A stretch of 64,000 nt of DNA from Spirochaetia bacterium (GTDB taxonomy: Bacteria > Spirochaetota > Spirochaetia > SZUA-6 > Bin103), in contig CBDBDQ010000005.1 of assembly GCA_965203905.1 (NCBI GenBank), forward strand, positions 6,272,001 through 6,336,000, in the 5' to 3' direction. The first letter of the stretch is position 1. Every line of letters starts with the position of its first letter. Position numbers and translations under genes: made by a program. Positions 1 to 9,583 of this stretch are shown in pieces. The notes beneath the pieces were generated by a model. The model made no database searches. It had not been told where the DNA came from and saw only the letters and a program-made list of their open reading frames with translations.

Positions 1-459
1 GTCGTTGGCGTAGGGCATATAACCATGAAACGGACGCGGGTCATCGTCGAACACCATGTGCAGGAAGTAGCGGTCGCCCTCCCACAGCGGCAGCGACTCG
101 ATGGCGTCGATGGGGTGCCACTCCAGGTCCCCCTCGGGATTGCGTGTGCGCGGCTCGCCGTCGAAGTGGTCGATGCGAAAGATGAAGCCGAGCCAGTCCT
201 CCCCGCGCGGCCCGAAGCCGGTCCAGTTGATAGTGCCGCGCAGCGTCATGGCGCGGCACTCGATTCCGGCCTCTTCCCGGATCTCCCGACGCATGCAGGT
301 GGCGACGTCCTCGCGCGGCTCCATCTTGCCGCCGAGGCCGTTGTACTTTCCCAGGTGATCGTCATCCTCACGCGCGTTGCGGTGCACCAGCAGCGTCTTG
401 CGGCGGTCGGGCGAGACCACGTAGCCCAGGGTCCCCACGATCGGTGTATACACGCTCAC
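1..459 (-). CDS. NUDIX hydrolase (8-oxo-dGTP diphosphatase-like), runs off the left edge
   Basis: Manual translation from GTG at 459: VSVYTPIVGTLGYVV...GKYNGLGGKMEPREDVATCMRREIREEAGI, containing a Nudix box. Not in the ORF track because the stop is outside the window. Confidence 0.85.
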   Translation of the reverse strand, partial: MSVYTPIVGTLGYVVSPDRRKTLLVHRNAREDDDHLGKYNGLGGKMEPREDVATCMRREIREEAGIECRAMTLRGTINWTGFGPRGEDWLGFIFRIDHFDGEPRTRNPEGDLEWHPIDAIESLPLWEGDRYFLHMVFDDDPRPFHGYMPYAND

Positions 460-559
460 GCGGCATGCATACGGCGTGACGGGCGCCACGTCAACCGCAC
501 CCGCGCAATCGTGCGGCCGGCACCGCCCGCAGCGCCCCGCGCGCTCCCCTCCCCCGTCC

Positions 560-991
560 ATGGCGCCGGCTGCTGAGACCGCGGGCACGGCGCCCGACCC
601 CGGCCGGCGCCGGTTCCTCTCCTGGCTGCCGCTGAAGCTGCTGGACCTGGTGGCCCTGCTGTTCTCGGTGGGCGTCGCCGGCGCCATTACCCGCTGGGTG
701 CTCGGCGCGCAACGCGGGCGGCCGATCATCAGGGTGACCTCCGCCGATGCCGCCTGGCTGCTGCGTCCCGACACCGACCAGGTGCTGGAAGTCGCCGGCC
801 CGTTGGGCAACAACCGCATCGTGGTGCGAGACGGCAGCGTGTTCGTGGAGTCCGCCCCCTGCGCCAACCAGATCTGCGTCAAGAGCGGCCGCGTGTCGCG
901 TCCTGGCCAGTGGATCGCGTGCCTGCCCAACCGCGTGTTCGTGGCGGTGGAAGGCGGACCCGACGAGCAGATCGACGCCCGCAGCTATTAG
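560..991 (+). CDS. NusG domain II-containing protein
   Basis: TM segment, then GPLGNNRI...CANQICVKSG...QWIACLPNRV signature. Confidence 0.85.
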   Translation: MAPAAETAGTAPDPGRRRFLSWLPLKLLDLVALLFSVGVAGAITRWVLGAQRGRPIIRVTSADAAWLLRPDTDQVLEVAGPLGNNRIVVRDGSVFVESAPCANQICVKSGRVSRPGQWIACLPNRVFVAVEGGPDEQIDARSY

Positions 992-1050
992 CATGGAGCA
1001 TGAGGAAGCATGGTCGGGAAGCTTGCCCGACAGCGCGCCAAGCCCATAGG

Positions 1051-1773
1051 ATGGGGCCGATGAGCGATCGGGAACAACGCGAGTTCTTCCAGCGCCACGG
1101 GTACGTGATCGTCGAAGGCCATCTGCCTCCGGCGCGCCTCGCGGCGCTGCGCACGGCGGTGGAGGAGCTCTACGCCGCCGAGGGGGCACGCGCCGGTTGG
1201 GAGCAGCCGGCGGTGGCGCCGTTCGTGCGCCGCCTGTGCAACCTGTTCAGCAAGGGGGACCTGTTCGTGGAGCTGGCCACCGACCCGCTGGTGCTGGAAT
1301 ACGCCGAGCTGGTGATCGGCCGTCCGGTGCGCTGGCACGCCATGAACGCGCACGATCCCCTTGCCGGCCACCGTCATCCCCACCAAGCGATCCACGCCGA
1401 CCGCCAGCACTGGCCGCAGATGCCCGCGTACTTCAACGTGCTGTGGGCGCTGGACGACATCACCGCCGAGAACGGGGCGACGCGGCTGGTGCCGGACTCC
1501 CACCGGCGGCCGTTTCCCGCCGCCGTGCTGGATAATCCGCTGGCCGCGGTGGAAGGCGAAGTGCTGGCCATCTGTCCCGCGGGCTCCGCGATCATGGTGC
1601 ACGGCGACACCTGGCACGGCGCCCGCGCCAACCGCAGCGCCGGCCACCGGCGCATGCTGCACCTCGGATACGCCGCGTCGGGCAGCCCCACGCAGTACGC
1701 GATCGGCCCCACGCTGGCGCCGGAGCTGCGCCGCAGGCTGGCGCCGCTGTCCGACCGGCTGGAGCTGCCCTGA
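1051..1773 (+). CDS. Phytanoyl-CoA dioxygenase family Fe/2OG oxygenase
   Basis: FFQRHGYVIV, HAD, WALDDITAENGAT, TWHG motifs. Confidence 0.85.
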   Translation: MGPMSDREQREFFQRHGYVIVEGHLPPARLAALRTAVEELYAAEGARAGWEQPAVAPFVRRLCNLFSKGDLFVELATDPLVLEYAELVIGRPVRWHAMNAHDPLAGHRHPHQAIHADRQHWPQMPAYFNVLWALDDITAENGATRLVPDSHRRPFPAAVLDNPLAAVEGEVLAICPAGSAIMVHGDTWHGARANRSAGHRRMLHLGYAASGSPTQYAIGPTLAPELRRRLAPLSDRLELP

Positions 1774-1781
1774 CGGCCGCC

Positions 1782-2861
1782 ATGCGACTGGTTACCCTGA
1801 TCCTTGCCGGCGGCAGCGGCACGCGGCTGTGGCCCGCCTCGCGCACCGCCACCCCCAAGCAGTACCTGAGCTTCGACGGCGGTCCCAGCTACCTGCAGCA
1901 GGCCCTGCTGCGCGCCCGGGCGGTCGCCTCCGACCTGGTCGTGGTGGTGACCGCGGAGGACCAGGTGGAAGCGGTGGCAACGCAGCACGCCGCGCTGGGC
2001 GCGGCCACCGGTGGCGAGTCATGCTGCATCGTCGGGGAACCGGCGGCGCGCAACACCGCCCCCGCCATAGCCCTGGGCGCCCGCGTCGCGGCCCGGCTCA
2101 GCGGCTCCGCCGCCGCCGACCTGGCGCTGCTGGTGCTGTCGTCGGACCACGCCATCGAGCCGGAGCAGGCGTTCGTCAACGACGTGCGCGCCGCTCAGCG
2201 GCTGGCGCAGCAGGGCTGGCTGACCACCTTCGGCATCCGGCCGACGCGCCCGGAGACCGGCTACGGCTACCTGGAGCTGGGGGAGGAGCTGAGCGACGGC
2301 TTCCAGGTCGCGGCGTTCCGCGAGAAGCCGGACCACGAGACCGCCACCCGCTTTCTTGCCGCGGGAGGGTTCCTGTGGAACGCCGGCATCTTCCTGTTTC
2401 CCCTAACACTGCTAAATACCGAGCTGCAGCGCCACGCAGCGGAGGTCGCGACCGCGTTGCAGCGGACGGAAGTGCCGCTGCCGGCCGCGGGCCGGGCGCC
2501 GGCGATCGTGGCGCCCACCCCCGCGCTGCGCGCCGCCTACCGGGATCTCGAGGCCATCTCGATCGACTACGCGCTGATGGAGCGGAGCAACCGGGTGGCG
2601 GCGGTGCGCGCCTCGTTTCGCTGGAGCGACGTCGGGAGCTGGGACGAGCTGGCCCGGATCGCCACCGGCGACGCCCCGGTCGCGCAGACCGAGGCGCACG
2701 GCAACACCGTGTTCAGCGATCTCCCGGTGGTGCTGGCGGGGGTCGACGACCTGGTGGTGGTGGTCAAGAACGGCGCCGTGCTGGTGACCCGCAAGGGGCG
2801 TACGCAGCTGGTACGCGACGCCGTGGAGGGGCTGCGCGAGCGGCGCCCCGACCTGCTGTAA
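1782..2861 (+). CDS. manC: Mannose-1-phosphate guanylyltransferase
   Basis: ILAGGSGTRLWPASR, EPAARNTAPA, PETGYGY, SIDYALME, WSDVGSW. Confidence 0.9.
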   Translation: MRLVTLILAGGSGTRLWPASRTATPKQYLSFDGGPSYLQQALLRARAVASDLVVVVTAEDQVEAVATQHAALGAATGGESCCIVGEPAARNTAPAIALGARVAARLSGSAAADLALLVLSSDHAIEPEQAFVNDVRAAQRLAQQGWLTTFGIRPTRPETGYGYLELGEELSDGFQVAAFREKPDHETATRFLAAGGFLWNAGIFLFPLTLLNTELQRHAAEVATALQRTEVPLPAAGRAPAIVAPTPALRAAYRDLEAISIDYALMERSNRVAAVRASFRWSDVGSWDELARIATGDAPVAQTEAHGNTVFSDLPVVLAGVDDLVVVVKNGAVLVTRKGRTQLVRDAVEGLRERRPDLL

Positions 2862-2946
2862 CAGCCCCGAGGACCCGTGACCGACTGGGTGCGCGTGATT
2901 CGCGGCGCCGCTCGCTGAGCCTGAGCGCCGGGTGCGCCGCGGGCTG

Positions 2947-3237
2947 TTAGACCCAGGAAATGTGCTCGATCTCGCGCGCCAGGGCGATGTCCTTGGCAGT
3001 TACCCTGTTGCCGGCATCGTGCGTGGCCAGCGTTATCCGTACCCGGCTGTAGACGTTCCACAACTCTGGGTGATGGTTCGCCGCCTCCGCGGCGAAGGCG
3101 ATGCGCACGATGAAGGACACCGCCTCCCGGAAGTTGGAGAAGGCGTAGGTCTTGGTGATCGTGTCGCCATCCGCTTCCCACCCCGGCAGTTCCGCCAGCG
3201 CAGCGCTCAATTGTTGGGTATCCAGGGGCTCAGCCAT
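2947..3237 (-). CDS. Pterin-4-alpha-carbinolamine dehydratase
   Basis: AEAANHHPEL...THDAG...KDIALA motif. Confidence 0.9.
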   Translation of the reverse strand: MAEPLDTQQLSAALAELPGWEADGDTITKTYAFSNFREAVSFIVRIAFAAEAANHHPELWNVYSRVRITLATHDAGNRVTAKDIALAREIEHISWV

Positions 3238-3733
3238 CGGTTCCTCCTTCGGCAGCCACGACCGAACGTGGCTCCTGACCCTCGATCAGCATACGTACTT
3301 CGCGCAGGCCGGGAAAGTTGTAGTGAATGGCGTCGGCCAGTGCCTGCAGCCGCTCGCCACCGCTGCTGGGAACCGGAGTCGGTTCGAACCACGCGTGGCG
3401 CGACAGGTTCAGGTACGCCGTGGCATCGTGGACGTGGGCGGAGATCACCTCCGCTGCACGTGGCAGGATACGGTGCGCCCGGTGATCCGCCGGCCCCAGA
3501 ATGGTCTCCTCCACCAGCACCCGCAGGTCGCCGCCGGCATCTGCTCGGTACGGCACGTATCGCACCTCACCCATCAGCCGCAATGGCCCGCCGGTTCCGG
3601 ACAGCTCGGGAAAAAACAGGACGCGGCGCTCTCTACCGGAAGTGGACGGCTGCACCATGAACACGCTGTAGCCGAGCACCGCCACCCACAACAGGGCGGC
3701 AACACGGGCTAACGCTCGGCTGCCGCCGCTCAT
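3230..3733 (-). CDS. GerMN-domain membrane protein
   Basis: N-terminal TM, LVEETILGP, AYLNLS, VRMLIEG; coupled to the amidase gene. Confidence 0.65.
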   Translation of the reverse strand: MSGGSRALARVAALLWVAVLGYSVFMVQPSTSGRERRVLFFPELSGTGGPLRLMGEVRYVPYRADAGGDLRVLVEETILGPADHRAHRILPRAAEVISAHVHDATAYLNLSRHAWFEPTPVPSSGGERLQALADAIHYNFPGLREVRMLIEGQEPRSVVAAEGGTDG

Positions 3734-4791
3734 TCAGAGTCGCTCTCCTCGTACATGGTCACGAACGCCGCTACCGCACTGTAGATCGCCTCCGCGAGCG
3801 TGTGCAAGTAGTCGGAGTCGAGCAGCAGCGCGGCTTCCCGCTTGTTGGTGGCAAAGCCGAGCTCGATCAACACCGCCGGCATCTTGGCGTTGCGCACCAC
3901 GAACCACGACTCTTCGCGCACCCCGCGATTGATGCTGCGGTCGCCGACCCGGTGCTGGAAGTGGTCCACGATGGTCTGCGCCAGGAGCTGCGAGTCGCGG
4001 GAGAACTCCTCCTCCTGCACGGTATTGAGGATAGGCTTCAGTTGCGGCGACTTGGCCGCGGAGCTGCCGGGGAGAATCACGTCGCGCCGAAAGTCCTCGG
4101 GCAGGTACCACACCTCGAAGCCGCGGGCGACCTTGCTGAGCGACGCGTTGGCGTGGACGGATATGAAGATGACCGCTTCACCGGTCTCCCGGAGCAGGTT
4201 GTTGGCCAGCTCGGTGCGCTGCTCCAGGGTCAGGTAGCGGTCGTCGCTCCGGGTGAGGACCACGCGCTTGTCCGGATAGCGCGCACTCAGCAGACGGTGC
4301 AACGCCAGGCTGGTCTCCAGCACGATCTCCTTCTCGCGCAGGTGGACCTTGCGATCCCCGAAGTAGTGGGTTCCACTGCCGCCGGGATCCTTGCCCCCGT
4401 GTCCGGGATCGATCAGGATGGCGCCGATCTTGTGCACCGGAGCCGTGTCGGCACCCCTCAGGAGCAGGCGCAACTGCTCGGCCCCGGGTGCCGTCAACAG
4501 CACCGCACCCGAGCTGCGCACGATGTCGCCGACGAACAGCGGCCTGGCGCGATCGACCAGCACCCAGGGCGTACCCACCCGCAGCGCCACCTGGTGGTGC
4601 TCGGAGGCCAGCACCCCCATCTGCCGGATCGGGTTCCACTCCAGCACCGCCCCGAGCTCCTGCGTCAGGGCGAGCAGGTCAACGTGCTCATCCTGCGAGG
4701 AGGTCCCCGGCGCTGCGACGGCTCCGCTGCCGGCCACCAGTACGCCAAGGAACGCCACCAGACCTGCCGCCCACCACGCTCGCCGCATCAT
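3730..4791 (-). CDS. N-acetylmuramoyl-L-alanine amidase (Amidase_3)
   Basis: Signal peptide; IDPGHGGKDPG, FISVHANAS, MPAVLIELGF. Confidence 0.9.
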   Translation of the reverse strand: MMRRAWWAAGLVAFLGVLVAGSGAVAAPGTSSQDEHVDLLALTQELGAVLEWNPIRQMGVLASEHHQVALRVGTPWVLVDRARPLFVGDIVRSSGAVLLTAPGAEQLRLLLRGADTAPVHKIGAILIDPGHGGKDPGGSGTHYFGDRKVHLREKEIVLETSLALHRLLSARYPDKRVVLTRSDDRYLTLEQRTELANNLLRETGEAVIFISVHANASLSKVARGFEVWYLPEDFRRDVILPGSSAAKSPQLKPILNTVQEEEFSRDSQLLAQTIVDHFQHRVGDRSINRGVREESWFVVRNAKMPAVLIELGFATNKREAALLLDSDYLHTLAEAIYSAVAAFVTMYEESDSE

Positions 4792-4901
4792 GCGCCGGGA
4801 CCTGCCGCAACCCGGTTGTCCATCATCGTCATTATCGTCCGGTTGGCGGGCTCCCCTGAGAAGCGCCCGTACGGCGCTTGTGTCGAGCCGGGGGCGCGTC
4901 T

Positions 4902-6209
4902 ATGCTCGCCGACGTGAGGTCATGGCCGCAGGGTCCCAGGCAGTCCGCGGTCGCCGGCGAGCGGCGGGCGTTCACCGTCTCCGAGCTCACGCGCCGCATC
5001 CGCGGCCTGCTCGAGGGCCGGTTCCCCAACGTCGTGGTGGAGGGAGAGGTAAGCGGGTTCCGGCCCTCCAGCACCGGGCACTACTACTTCAACCTGGTAG
5101 ACCGGGAAGCGACCCTGGGAGTGGCCCTGTTCAAGAATCGCCACTACCTCCTGACCTTCATCCCGGCCGACGGCATGCTGGTGCGCGTCCGCGGCGCCAT
5201 CTCCGTGTACGGCCCCCGCGGGAGCTACCAGCTCATCGCCGAGAGCATCGAGCGCGCCGGCTCCGGTGACCTGCTGGCCATTCTCGAGGAACGCAAGCGC
5301 GCCCTTGCCGCGGCAGGTCTGTTCGACAGCGCGCGCAAGCGTCGGCTGCCGCTGTTGCCGCGCCGGGTGGCCGTGGTCACCTCCCCCACCGGTGCGGCGG
5401 TGCGCGATCTGCTGCGGGTGCTGGGGCGCCGCAATGCCGGCGTCGACGTGGTGATCGTGCCGACACCGGTGCAGGGTCCCGATGCCGCCGCGCGCATCGC
5501 CCGCGGGGTGCGCACCGCCGACCGCTGGCGCCTTGGCGACGTGATCATCGTCACCCGCGGCGGTGGCTCGCTGGAGGATCTGCTGCCGTTCTCGGATGAA
5601 CGGGTGGTGCGCGCCATCGCGGCCGCCACCACCCCCGTAATCTCGGCGGTCGGCCACGAAGTCGACAGCGCCCTCAGCGACTACGCCGCCGATCACCGCG
5701 CCCCTACCCCTTCCGCAGCCGCCGAGGTGGTGGCGGCATCGCGCAACGAGCTGCAGCGCCGGGTCGCGGCGTTGCGCGCCAACCTCGGGGTGGCGCTGGA
5801 AGCGCGCGCGCAGCGCCATCGCGCCCTGCTGGAGCGGTTCCGCCCCGACAGCCTGGAGCGCAGCCTGCGGCTGGCCCTGCACCCCGTGCAGCAGCGCGTA
5901 GACGAAGCGCGCGCCGTGCTGTGCCACGCAACGGCCGAGCGCGTCCGGACGCTGCGTCACCGGCTGGAGCTGGCGGCGCACGGCGTGGAGGTGGCCTCAC
6001 CACGCGCCGTCCTGCGGCGCGGGTATGCCGTGGTCACCGATGTAGCCACAGGTAGCTACGTAACCGCGGCGAGCCAGGTGCGGCCGGCGCGGGAGGTACG
6101 GGTCCAGCTTCATCGGAGCGCCTTTCGCGCCACGGTAACGGCGATCGACGCCGCCGGCACGGCGACCGAGCCGGAGACGGCGGGGGAGAGCACGAATGGC
6201 GACCTTTGA
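4902..6209 (+). CDS. xseA: Exodeoxyribonuclease VII large subunit
   Basis: TVSELT, GHYYFNL, VVTSPTGAAVRD, RGGGSLEDL, SAVGHE, APTPSAAAE. Confidence 0.95.
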   Translation: MLADVRSWPQGPRQSAVAGERRAFTVSELTRRIRGLLEGRFPNVVVEGEVSGFRPSSTGHYYFNLVDREATLGVALFKNRHYLLTFIPADGMLVRVRGAISVYGPRGSYQLIAESIERAGSGDLLAILEERKRALAAAGLFDSARKRRLPLLPRRVAVVTSPTGAAVRDLLRVLGRRNAGVDVVIVPTPVQGPDAAARIARGVRTADRWRLGDVIIVTRGGGSLEDLLPFSDERVVRAIAAATTPVISAVGHEVDSALSDYAADHRAPTPSAAAEVVAASRNELQRRVAALRANLGVALEARAQRHRALLERFRPDSLERSLRLALHPVQQRVDEARAVLCHATAERVRTLRHRLELAAHGVEVASPRAVLRRGYAVVTDVATGSYVTAASQVRPAREVRVQLHRSAFRATVTAIDAAGTATEPETAGESTNGDL

Positions 6210-6456
6210 GGAGCGTCTGCAACGCCTGGAGCAACTGGGCAACGAGTTACGCCAGGGCAACCTGCCGATCGATCAGGCGATGGCCCGGTTCGAGGAGGGC
6301 ATCACGCTGGCGCGAGCACTGGAACGTGACCTGTCGAAGATCGAGCGCCGGATCGAGATCCTGGTCAACCAGCCCGAGCACAGCGGCGCCACGCCCACCC
6401 TGGAACCGTTCCCCGGCGTGGACGCCGCCGAGCCGGACCGACCGCTCCCGCAGTGA
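6196..6456 (+). CDS. xseB: Exodeoxyribonuclease VII small subunit
   Basis: TFEERLQRLEQ...FEEGITL; overlaps the xseA end. Confidence 0.9.
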   Translation: MATFEERLQRLEQLGNELRQGNLPIDQAMARFEEGITLARALERDLSKIERRIEILVNQPEHSGATPTLEPFPGVDAAEPDRPLPQ

Positions 6457-6470
6457 CGGCCAAATCGCGG

Positions 6471-6911
6471 TCAACGCAGCCTGGCGGGTAGCTCCACCAG
6501 GTCTCCCACCGCCACTCCGGCCCGTTCGAAGGCTCCCTGGTTCACCTCCAGGGCGAAGCGCGCCGGGACCTGCGACGAGACCGGCACCTCGGAGAAGGGA
6601 ACCATGTCGGTGATTTGCACGATCACGCCACGCGCATCGATGAACGCGATGGAGAGCGGCAGCGGCGTATTGCGCATCCAGAAGGTGAGCACCTTCTCCT
6701 GGTCGAACACGAACAGCATCCCCTCACGCTCGCCGAGCCGGTCGCGGTACATCAACCCCTCGCGGCGTTGGTCCGGAGTAACCGCCAGCTCGACGTCGAA
6801 CTGCTCCCCGGCGACGGTGAGCCGGATGCGTCCTTCGTCGGTGCTGCAGGCGGCGGCCACGACGCCCAGCCACGCCACCAGGAGCAGGACCGGAATACGG
6901 CAACGGAGCAC
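6471..6911 (-). CDS. DUF192 family protein (start uncertain)
   Basis: GLMYR, GMLFVF, FWMRNTPLPLSIAFID, ALEVNQG. Confidence 0.9.
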   Translation of the reverse strand: MLRCRIPVLLLVAWLGVVAAACSTDEGRIRLTVAGEQFDVELAVTPDQRREGLMYRDRLGEREGMLFVFDQEKVLTFWMRNTPLPLSIAFIDARGVIVQITDMVPFSEVPVSSQVPARFALEVNQGAFERAGVAVGDLVELPARLR

Positions 6912-6954
6912 CGCGGCACCGCGCCATCTGTTATGCTGGATGGGACTCCCTACC

Positions 6955-7875
6955 ATGTACAAGCTGGTTTCGCTTTCATTCCTGGTACTGCTGCTGGGCG
7001 CCGGCGGCGCCGCCGGTCAGCACGCTTCGCGGCAGTGCGGACCGATCTACGATGTAACCGTCGCCGGCCTGCAACACTACGCTGCCGGCGACATCGCGCG
7101 GATGGCGCCGGCGACGGTGACCCGACACGTGGATGGCGACACGTTCTGGGTCCGCTTCGCGTGCCCGCCGCCGGGTCCCGAAGCCACCGAGAAGGTGCGC
7201 CTGATGGGGATCGATACGCCCGAGTTGGGACAGCCGGGAGCGGCGGAGGCCTTGCGCTACGTGCAGCGCCGGATCGGCGCGGCCCCCGTGTACCTGGCCT
7301 TCGACTTCCGCCGCCGGGACCGGTTCGACCGGCTGCTCGCCTACGTCTACCTGGCCGACGGCACGCTGCTCAACGCCCGCCTCATCGAGTGCCGGCTGGC
7401 ACAGCCCTACCGCGGAGACAGCAATCACTTCTCGAACCACTTCGAGCGCCTCGCCGTGGGGCCGCGGCCATCCGACTGTCCGGAGGATGCTCCGGATCCA
7501 CCGCCGCCCCCGCCCGGCGCGGTGGAGATCGAAACCATCGCCAACGCCCGCGGGGGCCGTGAACACCTCCTGATCCGCAACGACTCGGACGCGGAGATAG
7601 ACGTCAGCGGATGGCGGATCCGGGACGACGACGGCACCGAACTGCTGATCCCGCACACCGAACCGCTGGCCGCCAACGGCGGCACTCTGGCAATCTGCAG
7701 TGGAACTGGGGGATGCGTCGGCAACCCCGGCCCAAGCGTCACGTTGGTCAACCGGAACATCTGGGGCAACGACGGCGACGCCGCCGTGCTCTGCGCTGCC
7801 GGTGGCACAGAGGTAGACAGCTATTGCTACAAAGACGGCTGCTCCGGTGCTAAACCCGCTCCACGGTGCGCTTGA
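6955..7875 (+). CDS. Secreted thermonuclease (SNase) with C-terminal lamin-tail-like domain
   Basis: Signal peptide; VDGDT, VRLMGIDTPE, DRFDRLLAYVY; Pro linker; IRN...IDVSGWRIRD...WGNDGD. Confidence 0.8.
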   Translation: MYKLVSLSFLVLLLGAGGAAGQHASRQCGPIYDVTVAGLQHYAAGDIARMAPATVTRHVDGDTFWVRFACPPPGPEATEKVRLMGIDTPELGQPGAAEALRYVQRRIGAAPVYLAFDFRRRDRFDRLLAYVYLADGTLLNARLIECRLAQPYRGDSNHFSNHFERLAVGPRPSDCPEDAPDPPPPPPGAVEIETIANARGGREHLLIRNDSDAEIDVSGWRIRDDDGTELLIPHTEPLAANGGTLAICSGTGGCVGNPGPSVTLVNRNIWGNDGDAAVLCAAGGTEVDSYCYKDGCSGAKPAPRCA

Positions 7876-8644
7876 AGCGCTTGTAGACGGCGTACAGCGG
7901 CAGGTCCAGCTTCTTGGTGTCGGACCAGCGCCGCAGTGAGTCGCCGCGATCGGAGGCGGCGCGCGACGCGTAGCTGCGCAGCACCTTCTCCTCCCGGCGC
8001 AGGCGCTTGAAGCGATACTTCTCCTCCAGAAGCTGGACGAACTGTGCCGCCTCGGCGCGGTCCTCTGCGGCGAGCTGCGGGTTGGCCTGTTCCGAGCCGC
8101 CGTTCGGCTCCAGAATGGAACGCACCGCTTCCTCGAAGTTGCCGCTCTCCGTGCGTCGCAACTCCTGTTCCACCCGTGTCAGGAAGCCGCTGGGAACGAA
8201 CTTGATCTGATCCACCGCGTTGCGCAGCGCTATGCGCTTCTTCATGGCGGCGTCCGACCCCATGTCGCGCCGGCCCAGGAACAGGTAGGCGCCGATGCCG
8301 GCGGCGACCGCCACCAGCAACTCGTCCACGATCAGGATCGGATCGGGGACCGCGTAGGAGAGGATCATGAAGCTGGCAAAGAAGGCGCCGGCGGAAATGA
8401 GAAACCGCGGCACGAAGCGGGCGTCGGAGAGGAACCGCCGTACGGCGACCTCCACGTTCCGATACAAGTCGTTGCGAAACGAGGTGAGCAGCGCCACCGG
8501 CGGTTCCGCGCCGTAGCGGCCCTCGATTTCCTGCGTCTCGAGGGCGGATCGCAAGCGGTCGGAGTTCGCGAACGGATGGAGGATCAGCGACTGACCGTCA
8601 GTCCGGTAGAGGTGGAAGATGTACCTGCGTTCGTTCTTCCCCAT
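7850..8644 (-). CDS. Hypothetical protein with two TM helices
   Basis: Clean 264-aa ORF with a hydrophobic hairpin (VPDPILIVDELL). Confidence 0.7.
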   Translation of the reverse strand: MGKNERRYIFHLYRTDGQSLILHPFANSDRLRSALETQEIEGRYGAEPPVALLTSFRNDLYRNVEVAVRRFLSDARFVPRFLISAGAFFASFMILSYAVPDPILIVDELLVAVAAGIGAYLFLGRRDMGSDAAMKKRIALRNAVDQIKFVPSGFLTRVEQELRRTESGNFEEAVRSILEPNGGSEQANPQLAAEDRAEAAQFVQLLEEKYRFKRLRREEKVLRSYASRAASDRGDSLRRWSDTKKLDLPLYAVYKRFKRTVERV

Positions 8645-8707
8645 TACGGTACATAGTAAAGCGCCCAGACGCGCTCAGGTCAACGCGGCCGGGCGCAGTA
8701 CTCCCGG

Positions 8708-9559
8708 CTAGACTCCGGCCGCCTTGCTCAGCGCCTTGGCGGCGTACACGGTCGCCAGGTGACGGCGGTATTCGGCGCCCGCGAACGCGTCACTGAGCAC
8801 CTCCGCGTTCTGAGCCGCCACCGCGGCAGCAGCCGCGATGGCGTCGGCACTGGCCGGCCGGCCGCTCAGCGCGGCCTCCACCGCGCCATCCCGGAACGCC
8901 GCGTTGGCAACACCGGTGAACGCCACCCGCACGTCGCTGCAGGTGCCCCCGGAGGTGGCGACCACGGCCGCACAGCCCACCACGGCGAAACGCGAGGCGG
9001 GGTGCGGGAACTTCAGGTAGCAGGCCCCGCTCCCCGCGGCAGCCGCGGGCACCCGGATCTCGGTGATGATCTCGTCCGCCTGCAGGCCGGTCAGGAACAG
9101 GTCGACGAAGAAGTCGCCGGCGTCGATGACCCGTTCGCCTCCGGGCCCGCGGGCGACGATCTGCGCCTCGGCGGCCAGCACCGCCGCCGGATAGTCGGCC
9201 GCCGGATCGGCGTGTGCCAGACTGCCGCCGATGGTGCCCACGTTGCGCACCTGCACGTCGCCGATCACCGCCGCGGCCTGCGCCAGCAGCGGCGCCTGCC
9301 GCGCCACCAGGTCGCTGCTCGCGATGGTGTGGTGGGTGGTAGCGGCGCCGATGGCAACCGTTCCGTCCTGCTCCCTGACGTAGTTGAGCTCGCCGAGGTG
9401 GCCGATGTCGATCAGCGCGCCCGGCGAGGCCAGGCGCAGCTTCATGGAGGGGATCAGGCTGTGGCCCCCGGCCAGCAGCTTGGCGTCCCCGTGGCGCGCG
9501 AGCTGCGCCACGGCGTCGTCGACCGAGGCTGCGCGGTGGTAATCGAATGCACTACTCAT
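8708..9559 (-). CDS. coxM: CoxM/CutM-like FAD-binding subunit
   Basis: LLAGGHSLIP, VRNVGTIGGSLAHADPAAD. Confidence 0.9.
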   Translation of the reverse strand: MSSAFDYHRAASVDDAVAQLARHGDAKLLAGGHSLIPSMKLRLASPGALIDIGHLGELNYVREQDGTVAIGAATTHHTIASSDLVARQAPLLAQAAAVIGDVQVRNVGTIGGSLAHADPAADYPAAVLAAEAQIVARGPGGERVIDAGDFFVDLFLTGLQADEIITEIRVPAAAAGSGACYLKFPHPASRFAVVGCAAVVATSGGTCSDVRVAFTGVANAAFRDGAVEAALSGRPASADAIAAAAAVAAQNAEVLSDAFAGAEYRRHLATVYAAKALSKAAGV

Positions 9560-9583
9560 CTCAATCTCTCCTTGGCCGTAGCC

